A stretch of DNA of 64,000 nt, from contig OX597823.1 of the NCBI GenBank assembly GCA_951406725.2, positions 116,250,001 to 116,314,000 on the forward strand, in the 5' to 3' direction. Source of the DNA: Octopus vulgaris. Taxonomy: Eukaryota. Both the position numbers and the translations under genes were made by a program. A model generated the notes under the pieces. It was not told the origin of the DNA and made no database searches. It saw only the letters and a program-made list of their open reading frames with translations. This document shows positions 52,625 through 64,000 of this stretch, piece by piece (position 1 is the first letter of the stretch; each line of letters starts with the position of its first letter).

Positions 52625-53708
52625 TCTATATATATAAAACTCAACTTGTGTGTCCATGTGTGTATCTGTGTGTGTGTCTGTGTGTTTAACTTCCCTGCAC
52701 ATCTCCTCCTAGCCACAAATCATAAAACCACCAAAAATGGGTCACTTAAAGTTTAGGCGAATGAAAATTGAACTGTGCTATTTCTGTTCCGAAATTCATC
52801 TCGCAAGTGCAAAAATCGATACTGTGTTTGTTTAGGCCTTATCCCATGCATTGAATAGTGAACTTTACTCAGTCAGCTGTTTGACGTGAACTGTGTTCAC
52901 CACACGTGCAAGCATGCGTAAATTGCATGAAAAATAAAAAATCAAGATATAAAAACGAATTGCTGTAAACATTGTAGAAATTCGGCAAAGAAATGAATTT
53001 TCGGGATGTAGCCTGGAGGGTTTTTTCATATTAATCGTTTGGACTTTGTGAGTACATACCAATTGTTTTCATAACATTTTAAACGCTTTGAATTAAATAT
53101 GACCATTTTGCGTTCAGTCTGCAGTTTGAATCACTTTAACCAAATTTTAGCAGGCCAGATTTTTGATCATCACGATACATCACCAGCGACTCCCTGAAAC
53201 TCTCCCCTGAAATCCCCGTTGAGAAATCTATATATATAAAACTCAACTTGTGTATCTGTGTGTTTAACTTTTGGATCTACCAAGTTTCATCATTAAGGAT
53301 GGAAAGTAGTGTGTAGCAAATCTATATATATAAAGCTGAAGTTGTCTGTGTGTGGTAGGTTTGGTAGCCTTCAACGAACACTAACTCCTTCGAGACCCTG
53401 TTGCACAAGTTGACCAAAATTGAGAGCATGATAGAAGAAGGCTTGCTCTTCATTCTGTAGAAGATTAAATTCAAATCGGACCATGTTAACACCAAAAATT
53501 ATTTACATCAAAAAGGTGCTGTTTTTCTATGAAAATCCCTATTTTTTACGATTTTTGACTGCTGTGTCACCATTTTTTGGTGTATTTCAACTGGAAAAAT
53601 GTTCACTTGAAGAGAATAACAAGTTGCATAATGCAAAATTTTTACTTTTCAAAAATTCCAATTCTAAAGGGTCGAAACAAACCCAAGCAACACCGGGTGA
53701 TACTGCTA

Positions 53709-53709
<1 letters not shown>
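52625..53709 (+). mobile_element. Composite non-autonomous Helitron
   Basis: A|TCTATATATATAAA 5' ends at 52625, 53227 and 53321. One 3' end gcaacaccgggtgatactgCTAG|T. Confidence 0.8.
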
Positions 53710-53757
<48 letters not shown>

Positions 53758-54007
53758 CATATATATATGAGATTTCTTAACCAAATAACTATGCCTGCAT
53801 CTCGCAATATGTATGTGTGAGTGAGAGAGAGAAAGAGAGAGATAGAGGCATGGTTATGTGGTTAAGAACTTGCTTCCAAAACCCATGGTTTTGGTTTCAT
53901 TCCTACTGTATGGCACCTTCAACAAGCTTTGTGAGTGGATTTGGAAAATGGAAACTGAAAGAAGTCTGTCGTGTGTGTGTATGTGTGTGTGTGTCCCTGT
54001 CTTAACA

Positions 54008-54374
54008 TCTCTCTATATATAAACGTCAGTTTGTCTGTGTGTGTTTCTGTGTGTCTGTTAGGTTGTACCCTCACCCTGACCACGGCTTTCTACCGATTCT
54101 GATGAAACTTGACACACACATAGCCCAATGTCATAATTCAAAACTAACGCAGCGAAAATTTTGAAAAGTTCCCCCAGTTCTGAAAAAAATCGATAAATTC
54201 GACATGGGGTCGAGAATCAGAAACACAAACCACAGACTGTCTAGGGGACGCAACTTGACCTTTTTAACTAAAAATAAAATTAACCATTTTTTTTCCATTT
54301 TTTGGCTATAACTCTAAAAATGCTTTATAGTTATTTCCCTTACAAACCCGAGCAACGCCGGGCGATACTGCTAG
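54008..54374 (+). mobile_element. Non-autonomous Helitron inserted in a SINE (53845-54570)
   Basis: A|TC...cccgagcaacgccgggcgatactgCTAG|T with no TSD. The host SINE resumes after it. Confidence 0.88.
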
Positions 54375-54715
54375 TTGCTTGATAATTGTAAATGAGTGTC
54401 CCCATCCTACAAGTGATGTCTTTTGTTTACAGTCTTTTATGAGAACATGTCTAACTATGGGGAAATATTTCCTTACTTCGAAATGAGTAAAGGTTGGCAA
54501 TAGGAAGTGCATCCTGCTGTAGAAAATCTGCCTCAATAAATTCTGCTTGACCCATGTGATCAAGAAAAAGGACAATTTCAAAGTATGATATGCCGATACG
54601 TATGTATGTTGTTGTATTTTAGGATGGTCATTTTTTTTTTTAACCAAATAAACACACACACTATATCTTCATTCTTCACTCATTTATTACTGTTCCTATT
54701 CTAACACATGTCCAT

Positions 54716-54761
54716 TGTCCAGAAATCTTTCATCACACGTCTGTGACCTCTTCAGTGACAC
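54716..54761 (-). ncRNA. Type I hammerhead motif
   Basis: Minus strand reads gtgtca CTGAAGA G GTCACA gacg TGTGAT GAAA GATT TC tggaca. Confidence 0.55.
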
Positions 54762-55019
54762 TTTCCGTCTTTGTGTGTGCTCTTGCTTTGCTTATGATTT
54801 TACTCAGAGTTTTATTTTAAGTTCTTCTTGAGAAGGTTCAAGCCATTTACTAACAAAGCAACAAGACTTTTTGTGTTGAGAGAGTTCACAATGTTTATAA
54901 ATATGTAGTTGAGTTGGTGCATCGGTTGAGTTGCTGATGCACACACCCAAGCATGTACATCTATTCACCTAAAGAATCTCAGAGGGAGAATCTTTAGAAT
55001 GTCTTACAGATTGGATTTA

Positions 55020-55236
55020 AAGGCGGTGAGCTGGCAGAATTGTTAGCACACCGGGGCCAAATGCTTAGTGGCATTTCATCTGCTGCTACGATCTAAGTTC
55101 AAATTCCACCGAGGTCAACTTTGCCTTTCAACCTTTCGGAGTCAATAAATTAAGTACCAGTTGCGTACTGGAGTCGATCTAATCGACTATCCCCCTTCCT
55201 CAAAATTTTGGGCCTTGTGCTTAGAGTAGAAAAGAA
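55020..55236 (+). mobile_element. SINE family A, short variant
   Basis: TSD agattggattta. Confidence 0.9.
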
Positions 55237-55896
55237 TAGATTGGATTTAGAGAATCCGTGACAGTTTTTTTTGCTCTGTGTCCATGAAACCAAGTATTTC
55301 TAGGTTGGTAGCTATGTAGGTAGGTAGGTAGTTAAGTATGTATGTATGTACTTAGGTAACACATCTGCATCTATACTTAGTAGGGATAAAGGCATCCCAA
55401 ATATTATTTTAGCAAGTTTAAAGGGATTTCTTTTGTGCTGTAAACCATTTACCATTTCTGTGGTGCCCCCCCTCCTTCCCTTGATGCCCTAAGCACGTGC
55501 TTATTTTGCTTAAAGGTTAATCCAGTGCTATCTGTAATCGATTCCTATGATCAGTGACTATAATACAACATGGGAGTAGGTAAAAATGCAGCTGCACAAT
55601 AAATGTTGTTCAGTTGACAGCACCTTGCCTCTAAAATCCAAGTTCAAAACCCGCTAAGGTTGACATAAAGTCAAGTACTGTAAAATGGGCCATCTTTTTC
55701 ACATTCACCTCAAATTCTCCATTCTACTGTGGTTTTGGTCCTCTATTTGTGACAGAAATCTTTATTTCAGTTTAAGAAGATTTCTGAGTTGTTGCTAACT
55801 ACAGTGTGAAGAAGAAAGTGTTTGCCATATTTGATATATTATTTCATAATCCTGGGTTCAATTTTTAAATTTGGAAGCCAGTTTATCATTAAAAAA

Positions 55897-56219
55897 TAAT
55901 ATAATAATGAAATTATAGTATACAGTGCTCAGGTGCACCACAACTTGTCAAAAGTGCGTATAAAGCATATGCAGTAATGTACAAATGTCTGGAAAGTGAA
56001 CAGTGTATGAGTCAGATACATGCTTGTGTGTATATGGAGGGGAGGAAATCAGGTGTAGTGTTGGTGAATCTCAGGAATCATGGAAGTTTTGAAGGATGCA
56101 GTGCTCCAACAACTAACAACTGATGCCGGCAGTTTGTTCCATACTTCAGCAACTCTTATAATGAAAAAATGTTTCTGAAAGTCATGGGAGCTGTGCTGTT
56201 TTCTGACTTTGTAAACATG
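55897..56219 (-). mobile_element. CR1-clade LINE 3' end
   Basis: Minus translation HVYKVRKQHSSHDFQKHFFIIRVAEVWNKLPASVVSC..TASFK, followed by UTR and (ATT)n tail. Confidence 0.85.
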
Positions 56220-56344
56220 CCTAATGCTGCCTAAAGCACTAACTCAGTTTGACTGGGAGGGAACCACCAAATTGCCTCTATAAGAATATTCAAGAGCAAT
56301 TTAGAATATAACAGTTCTAAGAAAAATTTACATTAGCATCAGAG

Positions 56345-56578
56345 TATTTGGACAACGAAAAACCTGGCTGACAACAGTGAAGGCTGATCTGGAACCTAAC
56401 CTAGGCCCCCATATCTACTGCGTTCACCGCTGGAATAAGGAGTGGTTGGAAATCACGTGGTCTTTAGCCTCAAATCACCAGGCCTGGTCAGCATTTGTGA
56501 GAGATGCAGCATTGAGGATGAATGAAGCCAGCTCAACCCACCCCGGTTGAATGCTGTAAGAAGAAGAAGAAGAAGAGG
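56345..56578 (+). mobile_element. RTE-clade LINE 3' end (second family)
   Basis: GQRKTWLTTVKADLEPNLGPHIYCVHRWNKEWLEITWSLASNHQAWSAFVRDA, then a (GAA)n tail. Confidence 0.8.
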
Positions 56579-56687
56579 AGGAGTAGTAGCAGCAGCAGAT
56601 TTTGTAGATTCTTTTAGCCCCAGGTCAGTCCTGATTCAACAAACTTCAGATAAAATGTGTGACAATCTTTTTCTTGAGTGAGAATCC

Positions 56688-56897
56688 AGGTTCACATTAT
56701 GGTGCACCTAAGACCATAATGTGTTGCATCTGAGACAACTTTATGGTGCATCTGGGTCTGTATTATCTAGATTCACAGTATGGTGCACTCATGATTGTGA
56801 AAGTGCATTTCGGACCACAATACGGTGTATCTTGATTCACAAAAAGGTGCATCAAGCACCTCATCACGGTGCATCTGAGGCCACATCATGATGCAGG
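56688..56897. repeat. Degenerate ~21-22-bp minisatellite
   Basis: ggtgcatct..gaccaca.tat-like unit recurs about nine times. Confidence 0.75.
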
Positions 56898-57364
56898 TAT
56901 GTCCTGACAATTCAGTTTAACCATTTTTTAAGATGGTATGATATGTGAGCTGGTTGCTATTTCTAGAGGGTTGAGCAACCTTGCAGAGGCTCCATCTTAG
57001 TTAGAGTATTGGTGATTTCCTGGCATGTAGTAGTAGTAGTAGTAGTTGTAGTAGTAGTAGTAGTAGTAGTAGTAATGGAAATGGTAGTGTTATCCACATA
57101 TTAGTTGTAGTGGAAAGAGGGCAATATTGATGGTGATGGTGATGGTGGTGATGGTGGTGGTGGTGGTGGTAGTAATAGTAGTATTAATGGTAGTGGTCAC
57201 AGTGGCAGTGATGATCAGCAAGAGGGGTGGTAGTAGTAGGAAAAGTGGTGGTAGTAGTTGACAGCGGCAGGCAGCGGTGGTGGCGGTGATGGTAGTATAA
57301 GAATTAAGGAGTGGCCAGAAAGTCAGGACTATACACACCCAGTCGAATAACACTGAGTGTGTGT

Positions 57365-57395
<31 letters not shown>

Positions 57396-58156
57396 CTCCT
57401 ATTTTGTACTTTAACAATTGACTATCATCATCATCGTCATCATCATCATCGTCATTATTATTATTGAACATTGATAAATTCAGATTTGCTGACAGAAGTA
57501 GTGTTAGCAGCAATAACAGGTTAGCTACGCCTGCTGTAGTTGGTGCATTTACTGATGCAGCAGCAATGTCAGATAGAGAGAGAGGGTGGAGGAGGAGAGA
57601 GGAGGAGGAGGAGAGAAATTGTTGCTGTTGCTGGTGTTGTTGCTGCAGAAGTTGGACATATTATATTCACTGCAAGTAAAGAAATAAATTTACAAATAAA
57701 AAAAAAAAGCAAGAAAAATTTAAAAAATTAAAAAAGAAAGGAATAAAAAGCTAAGTTTAATTTAAAATTGTAGAATTATATTCTTGTTCTTTGTGTGTTT
57801 GTGTGGTTGTTGGTTCGGTAGAGTGTATATTTTATTTGAGTGTGCAAGTGTATATAAATGTGAACATGTAGGTGTGCATCCGTTTGAGTATGTTGTTCTT
57901 GTATGTGCATGTATGTGTGTGTGTGTGTGTGTGTGTGCCTGTATTTGAGTAGTTTTTGTGTGCATATATTCATGTGTATGTATTTGTGTGTGTGTGTTTG
58001 TATGTGTGTGTTTGCTGTAAGTAATGTTTGAAAGCTAAAAGCAAAAGGTTTCTTGTAGTCAGTAGCTCTGGCTGTGAGGTATCCTACAGCTATGTGGATG
58101 GGTGGGGGGAGTGAAACGACCAACTCAATAAGACACTGTATGAAATGATTGTATAA

Positions 58157-58189
<33 letters not shown>

Positions 58190-58198
58190 CAGATAGAT

Positions 58199-58712
58199 AG
58201 GCACAGGTATGGCTGTGTGGTAAGAAGTTTTTTTTTTCCCAGACCAGATGGTTCTTGGTTCAGTCCCAATGTGTGGCACCTTGGACGAGCATCTGGTGCA
58301 ACCCCAGGCAGGCCGAAGCCTTGTGAGAGAATTTGGTAGATGGGAACTGAAAGAAGCCCGTCAAATCTGATTTTGTGTGTGTGTGTGTATGTGCACGTGC
58401 ATGCGCATGTACCTGTGTGTGTATGTCTGTGTGTGTGTATGTGTGTGTATGCTTGTATGTGTGTGCAGGAGTGTATTTAGCCCCATTGTCATGACATCAC
58501 ATGGATAGTTGTAAATGAGTGTCACTGTTATACAAGCAGTGTGGTTCATTTCCAATATTCTGCAGCATCATATCTGGCCATGGGGAAATATTGCCTTACG
58601 TAGAAACAGGGGAAGGTTAGCGACAGGAAGGGCACCCAGCTGTAGAAAATCTGCCTCAATAAACTCTGTCTGACCCATGCAAACATGGAAAAGAGGACAT
58701 TAGACTGATGAT
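58199..58712 (+). mobile_element. SINE with family-B head and RTE-like tail
   Basis: B head and microsatellite, then aggaagggcacccagctgtagaaa..gacccatgcaaacatggaaaag..gatgatg. Confidence 0.8.
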
Positions 58713-58724
58713 GTAGATCTCTTA

Positions 58725-58925
58725 TCTTTCTTATTCTTTTATTTGTTTCAGTCATTTGACTGCAGCCATGCTGGAGCACTGCCTTTAGTCAGCCAAGTCA
58801 ACCTCAGGACTCATTCTTTGTAAGCCTTAGTACTCATTCTATCGGTCTCTTTTACCAGACTGCTATGTTACAGGGACTTAAACACACAAGCATCAGTTGT
58901 CAAGTGATAGTGAGGGGAGACATAC

Positions 58926-58974
<49 letters not shown>

Positions 58975-59122
58975 CGATGGGCTTCTTTCAGTTTCTGTCT
59001 ACCAAATCCATGCTCAAGGCTATAGTAGAAGACACCTGCCCAAGGTACCATGCAGTGGGACTGAACCCAGAACAATGTGGTTAGTAAGCAAGCTACTTAC
59101 CAAGCAGCCACTCCTACACCTA
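58725..59122 (-). mobile_element. SINE family B
   Basis: Reverse-complement copy. Confidence 0.88.
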
Positions 59123-59454
59123 TCTTATTTAATTTGTCTCATTCATTGGACTGCAATCTTGCTGGGTACCACTTTGAAGGGTTGCGTCAGACAAATAAAC
59201 CACCAGTACTTAGTCTCTATAATCTGGTTCTTATTTTATCAGTTGCTTTTGCTGAACTGCTTAGTTAGAGATGTACACCAACTAACCTGTTATCAAATGA
59301 TGGGGGCTGACATACACACACACATGCACATACATATATACAAACATGCAAACACATAAATACATACATATATATCAACCGTCATAAGTCTGAAAAACAA
59401 GCACGCCCTCCAGATTTTCTAGAGAGGCCACTTGCTAGAGAAACCATAAGCCTA

Positions 59455-59513
59455 GGGTCTGAAGAGGTACTGTAAAGTTAAATGCATTATAGACATGAAA
59501 CTCAGAGTAACCC
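59455..59513 (+). ncRNA. Type I hammerhead motif
   Basis: GGGT CTGAAGA ggta CTGTAA agttaaatgca TTATAG acat GAAA CTC a GAG TA | ACCC. Core intact, palindromic stem III, base of stem II eroded. Confidence 0.68.
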
Positions 59514-59594
59514 CATAGACTAGCCGTCCCTGTCTTTATATATTCTACTGTTATATATATGTGTGTGTGTATATATATATATGTATATATATAT

Positions 59595-59892
59595 CACCAT
59601 GATCACCATGACCGACCAGGCTATCAGATGTTGCTACACATCACTGGTCACAATACGCTTTACATTGTTTTAGCCTTCAAATGACACCACCCTGCAGGCT
59701 AAGCGTGCAGGCCAACAGAAGAAAGAGTGAGAGAAGGTTGTGGCGAAAAAGTACAGTAGGGATCGCCACTGGATCCTCATGTAGCTTTAGGTGTTTTCGC
59801 TCAATAAATACTCACAATGCCCAGTCTGGGAATCAAAACCACGATCCCATAACCACGAGCCCGCTGCCCTAACCACTGGGCCATTATGCCTC
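59595..59892 (-). mobile_element. SINE family D variant
   Basis: Reverse complement of the head (ctaaccactgggccattatgcctc) and gagaaggttgtggcgaaa. Confidence 0.8.
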
Positions 59893-59894
59893 TA

Positions 59895-60945
<1,051 letters not shown>

Positions 60946-61082
60946 CAGACAGTTTCTCTCTACAAAATTCACTCACATGGCATTGGTTAGACAGGGGTCC
61001 CTGGTACCACACAGTGGGACTGAACCCAGAACAATGTGGCTGCAAAGTGAGCTTCTTAACCAAACTGCCATGCCTGCACCTA
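60946..61082 (-). mobile_element. SINE family B, 5' half
   Basis: cagtgggactgaacccagaac..ccatgcctgcaccta. Confidence 0.8.
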
Positions 61083-61119
61083 TTTCATGCATACACACAT
61101 GCATACATGCATACATATG

Positions 61120-61273
61120 CATGGCTGTGTGGTAAGAAGTTTGTTTCTCAACCACATGGTTCCGGGTTCACTCCCACTGCATGGCACCTTGGGCAAGTGT
61201 CTTCTACTATAGCCTCAGGTTGACCAAAGCCTTGTGAGTGGATTTGGTAGACAGAAACTGAAAGAAGCCCATC

Positions 61274-61310
<37 letters not shown>

Positions 61311-61620
61311 TACCATTCAACTCATGCCAGCATGGAAATGGACGTTAAAGGATGATAATGATGATGATGATGATGATGATGTATGTATGTATATATTTAT
61401 GTGTGTGTCTGTGCTTGTCCTCCTTGCCACTACTTCACAACCAGTGCTGGTGTGTTTATGTTTCCGTAACTTAGCAGTTTGGCAAAAGAGTCCAATAGAA
61501 TAAGTACTAAGCTTACAAAGAATAAGTGCTGAGGTCGATTTCTTCAACTAAATCTCTTCAAGGTGGAGCTCCAGCATGGCTGGAGTCAAATGACTGAAAC
61601 AAATAAAAGAATAAAAGAAT
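61120..61620 (+). mobile_element. SINE family B with a short RTE tail fragment in its microsatellite
   Basis: Head and tail present. ccagcatggaaatggacgttaaag(gat)n at 61315-61380. Confidence 0.85.
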
Positions 61621-61661
61621 ATATATATATATATATATATTATTATTATCCTCATTATTAT

Positions 61662-61865
61662 TAAGGCAGCAAGCTGGCAGAATCACTAGCATGCTGGGCG
61701 AAATGCTTAGCAGTATTTCATCTGTCTTCATGTTCTGAGTTCAAATTCTACTGAGGTCGTCTCTGCCTTTCATCCTTTCAGGATCAATAATATAGTTGAG
61801 TACTGGGGTTGATGTAATCAACTAATCCCCCTCCCTGCATTTTGAAGCCTTGCACCGACAGTAGA
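61662..61865 (+). mobile_element. SINE family A, short variant
   Basis: Head and core present. Confidence 0.85.
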
Positions 61866-61870
61866 AAAAA

Positions 61871-61905
<35 letters not shown>

Positions 61906-62336
61906 AGAGAATAGAAGAGGTAGAGCATCAGGCACAATCTTTTCAGTTTTGCTCCTTAAGTGGTTGCAGGCCTGGCCTAATCGTTAAGAAGCTCAGTTCA
62001 CAATTACAGTGCCTTGGGCAGGATCCCACTGCATGGCATTTTGGGCAAGTGTCATTTACCACAACCCAATTGGTAGATGGAAACTGTATGGAAGCCTGTT
62101 CAATGGATTGTATCTTCAACTCAAAAAAAGGTCCAGCTTTGTCATACGCACTTTCACACAGACTCTGCCAGAGAATTATGTCGAGTGCATATCACTGCAT
62201 CACTTCAGTGGCCAGACTATCAAATGTGGTTATATATCACTGGTCACAGTGTGCTTTCTTGTATTGCTTGAAGCTTTTGAAAGATGATCAGGTGAATGGA
62301 GCAACATACTCCCTGAACAGAAAGTCAATTCTTTAA

Positions 62337-62543
62337 TCCTTGAGCAAATGTAATTCTTTCAAATGTATCCAAATGGTTTTGAATTAATCATACTCTATCT
62401 CATAGCTTTTAAATTTTGATGATGTGGTTCTATACTTTAAGAATGGCATTACAGAGTTGGCGTGAGAGGCCAGATCTAGACAGTTTGAACATAAAAGAGG
62501 CAGAATATTTTGGCTGGATATGGCCGGTTTCAATGCTAAAGGG
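62337..62543. mobile_element. piggyBac-like MITE
   Basis: ttaa|tccttgagca ... tgctaaaggg|ttag. Confidence 0.7.
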
Positions 62544-62722
62544 TTAGAGGTCACCCATTCACAGCTGATTGGATTGGAACAATGTTAAATGAAGCATTCT
62601 GTTCAAGAACACAACGTACCATTGGTCTGGAAATCAAAACCAACAGCTTGTGATTGTGAGTGTAACACCCCATCCACTTGGCCATGTTTCTTCACTAAGT
62701 ATGTGTGTGTGTATATATATAT

Positions 62723-62785
<63 letters not shown>

Positions 62786-62971
62786 TGTATATATATATGA
62801 TATACTTAGCACTAATTCAATGAGCAGGTAATCCAGTTGATTGAACAATCCTCATCATCAAAACTGACAGAAATCCATTATATATTCCTTTATATTCTAA
62901 ATCCGAATCCCTTCATGCCTATATTGCCTTTCTTCCTTCCAAGATTCTAGGGTTGGGGCAATCTACTGCAC

Positions 62972-63015
<44 letters not shown>

Positions 63016-63487
63016 ACATACCAAAATGCCTTTGCTCTTTATGTTCTATTCTGGTGTAGTCAGTCTCTCACACCACTCCCCAGCCATCCATTAAACTGTC
63101 TTTGCTCTCTGCCAGTATTACAAAACGTTTCTGTCATTGTTGTTTTTACTTTCACATGTAAGGATGGGGAATCAGCACAATTGTTAGTACACTGGAGAAA
63201 ATTGCTCCACAGTAGTTGTTCCAGTTGTGTACATTCTGAGTTCAAATTCTATTGTGGTCGACTTTGTCTCTAATTCATTAAGTGTTGATAAAATAAATGT
63301 TTATTCAAGTACTTGGGTCAATGGTATCAAAATTGCAGGCCTTAACTGGAACTGGTATGGTCAGAGGCCACACCAGTTTCCATTGTCTGTTTTGGCTTGG
63401 TTTTTACAGCAGGATGCCCTTCCTAATGCCAACCACTCCACAGAGTGTACTGGGTGCTTCTTATATGGACCATCATCAGGGCTTTCT

Positions 63488-64000
63488 AAAGGCGGTGAGC
63501 TGGCAGAATCGTTAGTGCGCCTGGTGAAATGCTTTGTGGTATTTCATCTGCCATTACGTTCTGAGTTCAAATTCCGCCAAGGTAGACTTTGCCTTTCATC
63601 CTTTCGGGGTCGATAAATTAAGTACCAGTTATGCACTGGAGTCGATATAATCAACTTAATCCGTTTGTCTGTCCTTGTTTGCCCTCTCTGTGTTTAGCCC
63701 CTTGTGGATAGTTAAGAAATAGGTATTACATCTGTCTTTGCTGAGTTCGACTTTGCCTTCATCCTTTCGGGGTCGATAAATTAAGTACCAGTTATGCACT
63801 GGAGTCGATATAATCAACTTAATCCGTTTGTCTGTCCTTGTTTGCCCTCTCTGTGTTTAGCCCCTTGTGGATAGTTAAGAAATAGGTATTACATCTGTCT
63901 TTGCTGAGTTCGACTTTGCCTTCATCCTTTCGGGGTCGATAAATTAAGTACCAGTTATGCACTGGAGTCGATATAATCAACTTAATCCGTTTGTCTGTCC
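63488..64000 (+). mobile_element. SINE A tandem array running off the window end
   Basis: One head, then bodies repeating with a 163-bp period (63721, 63884). Confidence 0.9.

Noticed and set aside
56688-56897. CRISPR array
   Set aside because: Eukaryotic context, degenerate units, no unique spacers and no cas genes.
57464-57679. 71-aa ORF with a weak G-U hairpin
   Set aside because: Poor acceptor, low-complexity flanks, and pairing that could arise by chance.

Overview
AT-rich, repeat-saturated eukaryotic DNA, not prokaryotic. The SINE families, RTE tails and microsatellite load look like an octopus/coleoid cephalopod intron or intergenic region (inferred from repeat style, no database search). 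No intact host gene is recognisable, and almost all ORF-track entries are microsatellite or SINE artefacts. The window holds dozens of tRNA-derived SINEs (at least 4 families, labelled A, B, D, E here), 5'-truncated RTE and CR1 LINE ends, an (AAT)n-targeted non-LTR element, a deleted mariner, two maT-type (DD37D) Tc1/mariner relics, TA- and TTAA-type MITEs, non-autonomous Helitrons and a ~1 kb (TA)n tract. The main result is at least seven type I hammerhead-ribozyme motifs from about five sequence families, each in a short non-coding element next to (TA)n (Penelope-like or retrozyme-like). Also noted: a self-insertion route to SINE multimers, G-U-rich plus-strand hairpins, and a speculative series of short plus-strand terminal/cassette exons. 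All folding and alignment was by eye; repeat boundaries are approximate unless a TSD or TIR is quoted.
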